From: a virus
Length of the DNA: 64,000 nucleotides
Direction: 5' to 3' (one strand)
Virus record (IMG/VR): IMGVR_UViG_3300037336_000053
Span: 32,001 to 96,000 of that record
In this document: positions 26,019 through 35,769 of the stretch, piece by piece
How the letters are laid out: the number at the start of each line of letters is the position of its first letter
How positions within the stretch are numbered: the stretch's first letter is position 1
The notes under the pieces: model-generated
What the model saw: the letters and a program-made list of their open reading frames with translations, nothing else
Told to the model about the DNA's origin: nothing
Database searches by the model: none
Position numbers and translations under genes: made by a program

Positions 26019-28209
26019 CTACATCAATAGTCAAATTGCCTCCGTCTTTAAGTTTTCCAAACAGTAGTTCTCTTGCAAGTGGCATTTTAATTTCTTTATC
26101 AATAACACGTTGCAACGGACGAGCACCCATCTTAGGATCAAATCCTTTGTCTACTAAGTAGTCAAGTGTTTCGTCAGTAATAGAGATTTTAACACGTTTG
26201 TCTTTAACTTGGTCTTTAAGTTCAACAAGGAACTTACCAACAATTTTAAGCATGATCTCTTTACCAAGTTTAGCAAATGTAATCACACCGTCTAAACGAT
26301 TGCGGAACTCTGGACTAAAGAATTTCTTAAGAGCTTTATCTTCGTAAGAATTATCTTGGAAGTCTCCGCCGAAGCCGATGCTATTCTTCTCTGAATCAGC
26401 AGCACCTAAGTTAGTAGTAAGGATTAGTACACAGTTACGTGCGTCTGCTTCTTTACCATTAGATCCTGTGATCTTACCATTGTCCATAATTTGCAACAAA
26501 ATTTGACTAACATCAGGGTGTGCTTTTTCAATCTCGTCTAGTAGTAATACACAGTTAGGATTTTCTTGCAACTTAACAATAAGTTGTCCTGCACTATCTT
26601 CGTGACCAACATATCCTGGAGGCGACCCAATCAGCTTACTTACACTGTGTTTCTCTTGATATTCACTCATATCAAAGCGTACAAGTTTAACACCTAGGTT
26701 AGTAGCAAGTGCTTTTGCAGTTTCAGTTTTACCTGTACCAGTTGGACCCATAAACACAAAACTACCAATAGGCTTGTCTGCTGATTTTAACCCTGCTTGT
26801 GCAACAAGAATCTTATCAACAATACTTTCAACTGCCTTATCTTGCCCGTATACTTGACGTTTGATGTTACGTTCAAGATTAGCAAGATTTTCAGTTTCTC
26901 TTTCGCTTACTTGTTCTTCAGGCAAGTTAACTGCTTTAGCAAGTTCGTATTGGATCTCAAATGCATCCACAATTTTATCACCGATTACTTCTTTCAGATT
27001 AAAACGTGAACATGCTTGGTCTATTAAATCAATTGCTTTATCAGGCAGCTTCTTATCTGCTTGATATTTTACTGAAAGTTTAATTGCTTCGTCAATCGCT
27101 GCTTCAGTAATAGTAGTTTTATGATAGTCTTCGTAATACTTTTTAAGACCAAGCAAGATATCTTTAGTCACACTTGCTGTAGGCTCATCAACTGTAACAC
27201 GTTGGAATCGACGCATCAATGCACGATCCTTTTCAAAGTACTTGCGATATTCTTCCCAAGTGGTAGATGCAACAACTTTAATGTTACCTTTGCTCAATGC
27301 AGGTTTTAACATGTTAGCAAGGTCATTAGCACTATTACCTCCGCCCGCGCCTGCTCCGCTAATCATGTGTGCTTCGTCAATAAACATAATAGTTTTGCCT
27401 TTTTTCTTTAAGGCTTGAAGGACTAGTTTAAAACGTTCTTCAAAGTCACCACGATATTTACTACCAGCAAGCATACTACCAATGTCTAGATTATAAACAT
27501 TGTAGTCTTGTAGGAATGCAGGAACAGTTTTCTGTTCAATATTAAATGCTAGGCCTTCTGCAATAGCAGTTTTACCTACACCCGGATCACCAACTAGCAA
27601 TACGTTGTTTTTATTACGACGACCTAATGCAAGAGCAATTGCATCCAATTCTTCTTTACGTCCAATAACTGGATCAATAGTTTTCTTTTTAACTTCGTCG
27701 TTGAGATTAGTTGTAAATGATCGCAGAGCTTTAGCTGCTGCACCGCTCATTTCTTCTTCTTCTTCGACTTCCACTTCGCTACTTAGATAGCTAGCAAACT
27801 TATCCTTGACAATACCTGCTTGATCACAGTAGAATGCTGCGTGGGATTTCTTCTCACTGATAATGCTTAACATCACATCGCTTAGTTCAATATGACTACG
27901 ACCATTAAACAGCGTCTGTGTAAACGCACGATTCAAACAGCGTTCGACAGTTTGTGTCTTCTTAGGTTTAAATTTTTCAACTTCTGTTTTAATGTCGTCG
28001 CAACTATTTTTTAGATAATGTTCTAGATTAGATTTTAGATAATCAGGATCAGCACCGAACCCTTTAACTAGATTGTAAAAGTTTTCACTGCACAACATTG
28101 AGAACAACAAATGCTCTAGTGTAACATATTCATGTTTTAATTTCTGAGCATCTTTGACAGCCTTATCAAATACTAGTTGTAGATCTTTACTTGGTTCAAC
28201 CATTTGCAT
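25963..28209 (-). CDS. clpA: ATP-dependent Clp protease ATP-binding subunit ClpA
   Basis: HEYVTLEHLL N-domain; GDPGVGKT and GPTGTGKT Walker A; IDEAH, LLLDEIEKAHPDV and GARPLQR. Confidence 0.95.
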   Translation of the reverse strand: MQMVEPSKDLQLVFDKAVKDAQKLKHEYVTLEHLLFSMLCSENFYNLVKGFGADPDYLKSNLEHYLKNSCDDIKTEVEKFKPKKTQTVERCLNRAFTQTLFNGRSHIELSDVMLSIISEKKSHAAFYCDQAGIVKDKFASYLSSEVEVEEEEEMSGAAAKALRSFTTNLNDEVKKKTIDPVIGRKEELDAIALALGRRNKNNVLLVGDPGVGKTAIAEGLAFNIEQKTVPAFLQDYNVYNLDIGSMLAGSKYRGDFEERFKLVLQALKKKGKTIMFIDEAHMISGAGAGGGNSANDLANMLKPALSKGNIKVVASTTWEEYRKYFEKDRALMRRFQRVTVDEPTASVTKDILLGLKKYYEDYHKTTITEAAIDEAIKLSVKYQADKKLPDKAIDLIDQACSRFNLKEVIGDKIVDAFEIQYELAKAVNLPEEQVSERETENLANLERNIKRQVYGQDKAVESIVDKILVAQAGLKSADKPIGSFVFMGPTGTGKTETAKALATNLGVKLVRFDMSEYQEKHSVSKLIGSPPGYVGHEDSAGQLIVKLQENPNCVLLLDEIEKAHPDVSQILLQIMDNGKITGSNGKEADARNCVLILTTNLGAADSEKNSIGFGGDFQDNSYEDKALKKFFSPEFRNRLDGVITFAKLGKEIMLKIVGKFLVELKDQVKDKRVKISITDETLDYLVDKGFDPKMGARPLQRVIDKEIKMPLARELLFGKLKDGGNLTIDVVDNAIVLKVEVNETVDQV

Positions 28210-28705
28210 GTTCCTTTATTAATTTCTTTTGTTTCTTTTTAGCCATTGATAATTTTAATTTACTTGTTCTATCAGTAAATTCAATTCCTTGAAGATGATC
28301 ATATTCGTGTAAGAAGCAACGTGCATCTATCCCACTAAACTGTAGTATACACTCTTTTGCATCAATGTCAAGAAACTGCGCCACCAAACGTTTAGGTCTA
28401 TTAACATTTAATATTAATCCTATGTGACTTAAACATCCTTCTTTCCCTGTAACTGTGTCTTCGCTAATTTCTAATATAACAGGATTAATTACTGCAAAAG
28501 GTTTAGTAACTTCTGCATGTTCAACGGGTCTCATAACAAAAATCTGTGCATCTAATCCAACTTGATTAGCAGCAAGCCCGAGGCCATTCTTTGCCATCAT
28601 TATTTGACACATCTCTCCGGTAATTTGTTTAGCATCCATTGTTTCAAATTCAAAAGGTTTTACAGCCTTGTTTAAAAAATCATTAGGAGAGCTTATTAAT
28701 TTCAT
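28196..28705 (-). CDS. def: peptide deformylase
   Basis: [15 protein letters not shown] and HEYDHLQG. Confidence 0.95.
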   Translation of the reverse strand: MKLISSPNDFLNKAVKPFEFETMDAKQITGEMCQIMMAKNGLGLAANQVGLDAQIFVMRPVEHAEVTKPFAVINPVILEISEDTVTGKEGCLSHIGLILNVNRPKRLVAQFLDIDAKECILQFSGIDARCFLHEYDHLQGIEFTDRTSKLKLSMAKKKQKKLIKEHANG

Positions 28706-29525
28706 CTTTTATATCCTTTAGTCTTTGTAATATTTCTTCGTCTTTTATTTTTGGAATGTCTGCTTCAACTTTGATATGTGCATTACCTGGCCTTCTTGTA
28801 TTTACATTAGGCACACCTTGTCCTGATATACTAAAGACTGTTCCGGGCTTAGTTCCTTTTGGTATAGTTAAACTAAAATGCTTATTTGCAGGGGTTGATA
28901 TTTCTATGTTAGTTCCTAACATTAAATCAAATACAGAAATGTTTTCTGTTGTAATAATATTATCATTATCTCTAGTCCACTTTGGATGAGGTTGAACTTT
29001 AATATTAAGAACTAAGTTTCCTCTTGGCACTTGCGGGAAACTATCATCTCCCATACCACCAAATCGAACACTATCATTTTGTTTCACGCCTGGCGGAACA
29101 GCAGCATCTAGTATTTCTGTTTTTCCGCTAGGAAGTCTATATTGTATGTTAACAGCTTTTCCAGTAAACAATTCTTCAAATGTCAGTCTATATTCTATTG
29201 TAACATCTCTATTGCGGGGTTGTCTACTCTGTTGGCCACCAAACCCAGGATTTGTGCTATATTGACGGAACAAATCTTCAAACGAACCTGTATTACCCCC
29301 AGCATTAAATCCTCGACTATTATTAAATTTAGGTTGAGGATTGTCGTATTCTGAACGTTTTTGCAGATCACTTAGTGTAGCATACGCTTCTTGAATTTGT
29401 TTGAACTTAGTATCATCACCGCCATTGCGATCAGGATGGTGCTGCATCGCAAGTTTGCGATATGCTTTTTTTATTTCTTCTGGAGTAGCGTTGCGAGCAA
29501 CACCTAAAAGTTTGTAATAGTCCAT
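28683..29525 (-). CDS. DnaJ class II (CbpA-like) co-chaperone
   Basis: DYYKLLGV...HHPDRN J-domain, G/F region, C-terminal substrate domain, no Zn finger. Confidence 0.92.
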   Translation of the reverse strand: MDYYKLLGVARNATPEEIKKAYRKLAMQHHPDRNGGDDTKFKQIQEAYATLSDLQKRSEYDNPQPKFNNSRGFNAGGNTGSFEDLFRQYSTNPGFGGQQSRQPRNRDVTIEYRLTFEELFTGKAVNIQYRLPSGKTEILDAAVPPGVKQNDSVRFGGMGDDSFPQVPRGNLVLNIKVQPHPKWTRDNDNIITTENISVFDLMLGTNIEISTPANKHFSLTIPKGTKPGTVFSISGQGVPNVNTRRPGNAHIKVEADIPKIKDEEILQRLKDIKDEINKLS

Positions 29526-29568
29526 GCAATTACTTATCGTACGGACTATTACATTTAGTTAGTAATGA

Positions 29569-29904
29569 TTACTTGTTTGTCATTGCTTCTTTAGCATAGA
29601 ACGCTGCTACAATTGCCGCAACAGATACAAAGTAAGTAGGTGCCATTGACCCTAGTACTGTTGCAGCCTGATCTAAGCCTGCAAATACTGCTGCTACAAC
29701 TGCAAACGGGTATAGTAGCATACCAAATAATGCAAACCATGCCATGTTACGCTGTGCATCACGCATAGCATCTTGATCTTCTAAACGCTTGCGTTTAAAC
29801 TCTAGATCCATTGCTGCTTTAGCTTTGGTAATATGTCCATCACCGTTTGCATCCATAGTGGTTGCAACTTCACTGTCTATTGTAATTGTTTTCTTCTCAG
29901 CCAT
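29569..29904 (-). CDS. holin-like membrane protein with an EF-hand-like loop
   Basis: DANGDGHITKA loop followed by two C-terminal TM segments. Confidence 0.5.
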   Translation of the reverse strand: MAEKKTITIDSEVATTMDANGDGHITKAKAAMDLEFKRKRLEDQDAMRDAQRNMAWFALFGMLLYPFAVVAAVFAGLDQAATVLGSMAPTYFVSVAAIVAAFYAKEAMTNK

Positions 29905-30185
29905 TATTTCTTTTCCTCGAGTTTGTTAAGACGTGCTTCGAGCTCGTCGATCTTTTTAGTAACATGAGGATATTTTTGACGCCACGCATCTTCAGGTTGG
30001 TCAAACCAAGTCAAACCGTATCGATCTCTTAAGAAATCTAATAGTTGATCAAACTTAGCATAGCACCATAAGCCTGCTCTAGTGTCTTTAAAATAAGCTA
30101 AGAATGCCGCTCCAAGAAGTGATCCTAGTATTGCTGTGTATATCCAGAGAGTATCTCCAAATATCCTATCGATCATTTCAATCAT
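29904..30185 (-). CDS. hypothetical protein (N-terminal TM, C-terminal coiled coil)
   Basis: ORF track. Confidence 0.65.
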   Translation of the reverse strand: MIEMIDRIFGDTLWIYTAILGSLLGAAFLAYFKDTRAGLWCYAKFDQLLDFLRDRYGLTWFDQPEDAWRQKYPHVTKKIDELEARLNKLEEKK

Positions 30186-30266
30186 TAATCGCCCCCATTG
30201 CTAACGTATAACGCCCTCACGTTATATGCTATTATTTAGTTGTTATTATACTCTAAAACTTTTACC

Positions 30267-30857
30267 TTAGCTGATCAATTCATATCGTGCAGTTGCTTTA
30301 TTAAACATCACCAACCCCTGTTTCACTAGGGCAAAGACAATACTCTCAGATTCGGCATGTAGTTTATTGTGTTCTGCTACGCTGGTCAGAAACAAATTTT
30401 CTATTTTATTATTTTTTTTATCGCCATCGATGTGATGTACTATTTCTCCGCGGGCGAGTCCTCGTTCTAGATAACATTCCATTACAAACAAGTGTTCCCG
30501 TATACACCTATATCCACCTTTTCTATAGGGATAATCTTTGCCTATATAAACTTCTGGATATCCATCTTTACCATTAACCACCTTCCCTAAGTTAGGTATA
30601 AATTTATTCACAACTTTTGAATCGTATCCTGCAACACTAGCGAGTTTATTTAATCCCACTTTGCTAATACAGGTTTTACAATATGCTTTCACATTGGTAT
30701 CATACTTTCCATTTCGTGCTTTGGAAAATTCTATAGTACAATTATCACACTTCCAATGCGTTAAAGTTTTAGTTCGAGTATATTCTGTAAGTTTGGCAAA
30801 CTTACTTTTTTTTGTATAGGCATTAGTTTCTGTGGTTTCAAATAGGAACATGTACAT
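30267..30857 (-). mobile_element. HNH homing endonuclease
   Basis: IREHLFVME...EIVHHIDGDKKNNKIENLFL...EHNKLH; N-terminal CDNC/CKTC zinc ribbon. Confidence 0.85.
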
Positions 30858-30918
30858 TCTCCTTCATTTTATTTAGCCTTACGAAGGAAAAACATAACTT
30901 TTATCTTTCATTCGGCTT

Positions 30919-31245
30919 TTAAATACGAAAGCTACTACCACAACCACAACGATCGCGTTCGTTTGGGTTTGAGAAATCAAACCCTTCATTTAATCCATTA
31001 CGTATCCAATCTACTGTCATACCATCTAAGTATGCTAGTCCTTTGGCATCTATTAACACTACAAATTCAGGCTGAGCAAAATTGGTTACGCCTGCTTCTG
31101 CTTCATACACATCTACATACTCAAAAGTATACGCCAACCCACTACATCCTGTAGTTTTAACACCTAGTCTAACTCCGTCACCGTGTCCACGATGTTTAAG
31201 AAGCTGTGTTATTTTTTGCTTAGCCTTGTCTGTTAAGGTAATCAT
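30919..31245 (-). CDS. iscA: A-type Fe-S carrier IscA
   Basis: GVKTTGCSGLAY, F-S-NPN and CGCGSSF. Confidence 0.92.
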   Translation of the reverse strand: MITLTDKAKQKITQLLKHRGHGDGVRLGVKTTGCSGLAYTFEYVDVYEAEAGVTNFAQPEFVVLIDAKGLAYLDGMTVDWIRNGLNEGFDFSNPNERDRCGCGSSFRI

Positions 31246-31272
31246 TCACGGCTGCCTTATGCGTTAGTGTTA

Positions 31273-32664
31273 TCAATGCTTGGCTCGGTAATCTGCCACC
31301 GCTGCTTTGATAGCGTCTTCTGCAAGAATACTACAGTGTATCTTAACAGGAGGCAGTGATAGCTCTTCTGCCAGTTCGCTGTTCTTGATCGCGCCTGCCT
31401 GATCTAGAGTCATACCTTTGACCATTTCAGTAATCAAACTGCTGGAGGCAATGGCTGAACCACAATTATGTGAACCTACTCGTTCTGAGAAAAACACATG
31501 AGCGCCGTCTTCCAATTTAAGATCGTATACCACAACCTTCTTATCATCCCGTTCGCACCCTCTTAGTTGATTGTGATGAGTAACCGCTGACACTGACACA
31601 ATTTTCATGCCATTGTGGATAAAGTTTTGTACCTGTTTCAACGAGGTATCAATTTCTTCTACAGCTAAAAATAAGGAGTCATATCCGGCTGAAGCTAATT
31701 GTTGCTTACGATTTACCACATAATCGGATTCATCAGATCGATCCTGCATAAATTTTGGCATATTTTTAGTGTATACTTCGATGCATTTTTTCTTGCCAGG
31801 AACAACAAAGTCTGGACTAACTGGCCCAGTACTTGATTGTATCCATACTTTACCTGAACACCATTTTGCAGCTACGTTATTTTTTTCAAACAAGTTAATA
31901 TATTTTTGTTCTATGCTAGTTGGGACGGAACGGTCTATATTCGCCATACCTTGTCTCCATTTATCCACATATACAGGATTTCCCCAATTTTTTCTGGAGG
32001 CTTCTGCCGATCGTTGTTTTTTTAACGGCAAATCCTTGCACACATATCCTGGCTGATTTTGCGGTAACACAGAGTGGTCAAACTGTGTATTCCACTCTGT
32101 CATTCTTTTGCTGTTTTTTTCTTTCAAATCAACTCTGTGTCGATTGTTAGTGAGAATCCTTAACTCATGTTCAGTGATTTCATACAGTTCTTGCCCAGCC
32201 ACTAGTTGTTGTGCTTCAACTGGAGTGTTATCAGCGTTCCAAAAAATATGTTCTTTAGTACATATTAGACTAAAAGTTTTAGATTTAATATTTTTTCTAC
32301 TTGTTTCTCTTTGAAACGTTACTACTAATAAATCATCAATTGTAACTGAATGTTTGAGTACCGCTCGAATCTTTTGATTAACGATGTTAGTTCCGTTCCA
32401 CGCTAATACTTCGTCACCAATGATTAGGTCACTTATTTTTTTTGATTTGGTTGGAGTATTGATTAGTGCATTACTAGTAAGGCAGCCATACGTTTTAAAA
32501 CGCGCATCAATGATAACATCGTCTACGACTTTGATTTGCAACTTCATCACGTCACCACAAGCTGGCGCGCCGACCATTCCAGTACCAACGGTTTCGTCTA
32601 TTTCAAACTTTCCCACATTGCGTGGATTTTCGTAGTGCTCGACTACTGCTGCTGAATATGCCAT
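31273..32664 (-). CDS. iscU: Fe-S scaffold IscU interrupted by an intein
   Basis: MAYS..V.EHYENPRNVG, GAPACGDVMKLQIKV, FKTYG|...|CGSAIASSSL, LSLPPVKIHCSILAEDAIKAA. Confidence 0.95.
   Translation of the reverse strand: MAYSAAVVEHYENPRNVGKFEIDETVGTGMVGAPACGDVMKLQIKVVDDVIIDARFKTYGCLTSNALINTPTKSKKISDLIIGDEVLAWNGTNIVNQKIRAVLKHSVTIDDLLVVTFQRETSRKNIKSKTFSLICTKEHIFWNADNTPVEAQQLVAGQELYEITEHELRILTNNRHRVDLKEKNSKRMTEWNTQFDHSVLPQNQPGYVCKDLPLKKQRSAEASRKNWGNPVYVDKWRQGMANIDRSVPTSIEQKYINLFEKNNVAAKWCSGKVWIQSSTGPVSPDFVVPGKKKCIEVYTKNMPKFMQDRSDESDYVVNRKQQLASAGYDSLFLAVEEIDTSLKQVQNFIHNGMKIVSVSAVTHHNQLRGCERDDKKVVVYDLKLEDGAHVFFSERVGSHNCGSAIASSSLITEMVKGMTLDQAGAIKNSELAEELSLPPVKIHCSILAEDAIKAAVADYRAKH
31465..32484 (-). 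mobile_element. 340-aa intein in IscU with a Vsr-like endonuclease domain
   Basis: C1 = CLTSNALI; block B ICTKEHIF; block F VYDLKL; terminal SHN; +1 Cys. Internal PTSIEQ...SPDFVVPGKKKCIEVY. Confidence 0.92.
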
Positions 32665-32681
32665 TATGTTATCCTCTTATA

Positions 32682-33011
32682 TTAAACTGAAAAACTGCTG
32701 CCGCACCCACATGTACTTGTAGCACCTGGATTAGAAATACTGAAGCTGCTGCCTTGCAAGTCTTCTTTATAATCTACGACCGATCCAACTAAATATTGCA
32801 TACTCATAGCATCAATTAGAACAGTAACATTCTCGCGTTCTATTGTGAAGTCGTCATCATTCTGCACTTCATCTAATGTAAATCCATAAGTGAACCCGCT
32901 GCATCCACCACCTTGAACAAACGTTCTAAGTTTAATTTCAGGATTATTTTCTTCAGCAAGAAGATCTTGTATTTTTACAAATGCTGCTTCGGTTATTGTT
33001 AATTGATCCAT
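32682..33011 (-). CDS. erpA: A-type Fe-S carrier, ErpA-like
   Basis: [25 protein letters not shown] and TCGCGSSF. Confidence 0.88.
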   Translation of the reverse strand: MDQLTITEAAFVKIQDLLAEENNPEIKLRTFVQGGGCSGFTYGFTLDEVQNDDDFTIERENVTVLIDAMSMQYLVGSVVDYKEDLQGSSFSISNPGATSTCGCGSSFSV

Positions 33012-33305
33012 TATATCAGAGTCTTTTGCATAATAGTATTTCCGTTGGTTAAGGTGACATTTTTACATAGGTGATATCAGCAGTGTACAGTGTAAGTATT
33101 TAGTCATTCCCTATTTGCTTTCATCAATCATGATGGATTCATCCATTGAAAAATCGTAAAGGTTCTTGTATCAATCCAGATAATAGACCAATACCAATAA
33201 TACCGATTATACTATAAACAACTGTAATAAATACCGTGACTAATACTGATAATACTTTACTGGACATTCTCTCGTATCCATTTCCAATATTCTTCGTTAG
33301 ACATA

Positions 33306-33701
33306 TTATTTTTTAGGTTGTTGTAGTGTTTCGGGTTTAACTGCTTCTTCGTAGTAAACAATAATTTGTTTTTGCTGTTCGATATAACGCTTTAGTTCAG
33401 CAAAGTTTAAACTAAGGTTTTCGTAGTCTTTAATACTAATAGCAATGTATGCAAGCTCACCGTTCTTTGCTGAAAACCTTTCAACAAATTCGTCGTAGTT
33501 TTCTGCTGTAACAACATATATCTTAATGTTATTAATTTGCGCACCCTTAGGATGAGCAACAATTGGTACAGTTGTTTTTACAGTATTAGTTACTGTTACT
33601 ATTTTGGGTTCCTGGCGGAACACTGAGCACCCCATTAGGGTCAGTGATGCCGCGAAGATCGTCCCATAGCTTATTAGTTGCATCTTGCATCCTATTTTCA
33701 A
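33306..33701 (-). CDS. o-spanin (Rz1-like lipoprotein)
   Basis: Signal peptide with lipobox LMGC; overlaps the Rz-like gene in another frame. Confidence 0.75.
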   Translation of the reverse strand: MKIGCKMQLISYGTIFAASLTLMGCSVFRQEPKIVTVTNTVKTTVPIVAHPKGAQINNIKIYVVTAENYDEFVERFSAKNGELAYIAISIKDYENLSLNFAELKRYIEQQKQIIVYYEEAVKPETLQQPKK

Positions 33702-34008
33702 TCAAGCCTGGCTTTTTCTGGGCCAGTGCCGTTAAGTTGTGTTTTTGCAAAGTAGCACGAAGTTCATCTCCGTACTTTTCTGCTGTTTGTAGTTCTTTTT
33801 GCAAGTTCGCACTTAGTTCTGCATTGCGAACTACGTCTCTTTGTAAAGTAGCAATACTAGCTTCGCTAATTTGTACTGCTACTTCCATTTTTGCAACATT
33901 TTCTCGTGCTGTTTCTAAATCACCCTGCAGTTTTTTAACATAAAGAAACCCCATACTTGCTGTTGCAAGTACAGTCATTACCATAGCAATTTTAATAGCA
34001 CCAAACAT
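33586..34008 (-). CDS. i-spanin (Rz-like)
   Basis: N-terminal TM followed by a long coiled coil; lies between the endolysin and the lipoprotein. Confidence 0.75.
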   Translation of the reverse strand: MFGAIKIAMVMTVLATASMGFLYVKKLQGDLETARENVAKMEVAVQISEASIATLQRDVVRNAELSANLQKELQTAEKYGDELRATLQKHNLTALAQKKPGLIENRMQDATNKLWDDLRGITDPNGVLSVPPGTQNSNSN

Positions 34009-34011
34009 AGG

Positions 34012-34887
34012 TTATCCTAATAGTTTACCTAGTGTTGCAGGTCCTGCAATACCGTCAGCAGTTAAGCCGTTCTTAGTTTGCCACGCTTTTAGCGCACGTT
34101 CTGTACCCGGACCAAACGCACCGTCGTCATTAATGCCCAATGCATCCTGCATCATCTTAACGCCGTCGCCTTTAGAACCTTTGCGCAGTGTACCAATGTC
34201 ACTTACATCCATATCGTTGTCACCATCGTCATTTGCTTCTGCAATACTAACGGGGCTACCAAACACCTGCATAGCTTTAGCATAACGTGTCTGACGATCA
34301 GCAAGACCAATGTTACCACCGTTGATCTTTTTAGTCATCTTGGTAACATCATCTGTATCAGCAATGTCGTTTAGTTTGTTTGCACCCCAAAACCAACACG
34401 CTGATTCTACCGCACCCTTTGGTGTTGCTACATATGTTGCTGCTTGTTCTGCTGTCATATCCACACTTTTACCAAAGCGTGTGTAGTTGTCGCGTCCAGT
34501 AAGTTGTTTTAGTCCACGGCCACGGAACAACCATCCGTCACCTGCTTTGGTATTTCCCATTTTAGAACTACGGAACTCATCTTGGTAAACATAGTTAGCA
34601 ATCATTTCTGGCTTACGTGCATACTCAGCAGCACTGCGCTTTGGTGCTGTACCAAAGTAACGACCAAACACTGCAAGCAACGACTTCTCGCTGTAGTTTA
34701 AGTTTTCTTCTAGTGAGTTAAAGTTATTTGACTCATGAGCGCATTGACTAACAAAGTGTGCCATGCGTCTCTCAGTAGTGATACCGTATTTAGGTAGTAC
34801 ATCTACTAATGCTGCATGCCAGGCATCAACATTTTTGTTACCTGGAATAAGTGCAGCTAAGTTCTCTTTCTTTAATTCAAAGCTCAT
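34012..34887 (-). CDS. endolysin: GH19 catalytic domain plus C-terminal peptidoglycan-binding domain
   Basis: AHFVSQCAHES, FRGRGLKQLTGRDNY, SACWFW, KINGGNIGLADR; LRKGSKG..VKMMQ..LG..DG.FG..TE.A..WQ..GL.ADGIAG. Confidence 0.92.
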   Translation of the reverse strand: MSFELKKENLAALIPGNKNVDAWHAALVDVLPKYGITTERRMAHFVSQCAHESNNFNSLEENLNYSEKSLLAVFGRYFGTAPKRSAAEYARKPEMIANYVYQDEFRSSKMGNTKAGDGWLFRGRGLKQLTGRDNYTRFGKSVDMTAEQAATYVATPKGAVESACWFWGANKLNDIADTDDVTKMTKKINGGNIGLADRQTRYAKAMQVFGSPVSIAEANDDGDNDMDVSDIGTLRKGSKGDGVKMMQDALGINDDGAFGPGTERALKAWQTKNGLTADGIAGPATLGKLLG

Positions 34888-35041
34888 TTTCTATATCCTT
34901 TTTTTCTATTTGGCAAGCATCACAAATGCAATGTTTGCATACTTCTACATCACTTGAGTAGACCGTATCACCGTTGTAAAAATCTTTACGAAGGGAAGAT
35001 CCGCAATGTGATTCATGTCCGCAAGTTCTACAGTGTGCCAT
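34877..35041 (-). CDS. 54-aa Cys/His-rich putative metal-binding protein
   Basis: Hand translation MAHCRTCGHESHCG...VCKHCICDAC...; preceded by TAAATA-N5-ATG. Confidence 0.65.
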   Translation of the reverse strand: MAHCRTCGHESHCGSSLRKDFYNGDTVYSSDVEVCKHCICDACQIEKKDIENEL

Positions 35042-35052
35042 GCAAGTATTTA

Positions 35053-35769
35053 TTATAGTCTTTTAAGGACCAATACACATTCTGAGTTTTCAAACACAAG
35101 TTTATCGCCATATTTGCAAATATTATAATCACCTAAGTATTTTGTAAGAAATAGTATCTCTGGATATGAATCCATTATATCTAACGATTCATTAATCCGC
35201 TTAACTGTTTTTAATGTTTCGCCAAAGTCTACAAATTCAAACATTAACTTATCAGAATATGCTTTCTTAATAGATATAATGTTATCTTCCATAACAATTT
35301 TTTCTACGTAGCTGTTACTAAAGAAGTTTTTATAGTTATTAAGATTACTTTCAGATACTGTAATACCGTAGTTATCAGGATCTAATGGAACTTCGCGATC
35401 TAAATTTTCTATTGTAACATCGTGGCTTCTAAAGCCTTTGTAGTAACGAAATTTAAAGTCTTCAACATCTGCTAATTTTGTAACTCCGTCTACAATTTCT
35501 ATGATGTTTTGGTTTGCAGATTTATCTCTTTCAATTTCGACAAATACTCTATAGTTACCGTCGCTTTGCTCTCCAGCAGTTACGTCACTATCGAGAATGA
35601 AGCTATATCCACCTTCTAAAAACTTTACTAAATCATCAGCTGGTGGTTTATCTTTAACAGTAAAACTAAGAGTAATAATGTTTTTATCGTCGCCCATTTT
35701 ACTAGCATATGCATCTATCTCAAAGATATGATATACTAAATCTTTTAAATCGCCTTGTCTAAGTCCCAT
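35053..35769 (-). CDS. hypothetical protein
   Basis: ORF track. Confidence 0.75.
   Translation of the reverse strand: MGLRQGDLKDLVYHIFEIDAYASKMGDDKNIITLSFTVKDKPPADDLVKFLEGGYSFILDSDVTAGEQSDGNYRVFVEIERDKSANQNIIEIVDGVTKLADVEDFKFRYYKGFRSHDVTIENLDREVPLDPDNYGITVSESNLNNYKNFFSNSYVEKIVMEDNIISIKKAYSDKLMFEFVDFGETLKTVKRINESLDIMDSYPEILFLTKYLGDYNICKYGDKLVFENSECVLVLKRL

Noticed and set aside
33121-33304. Short ORFs (15 aa and 45 aa) between erpA and the o-spanin
   Set aside because: No SD or recognisable motif; cannot be distinguished from chance.
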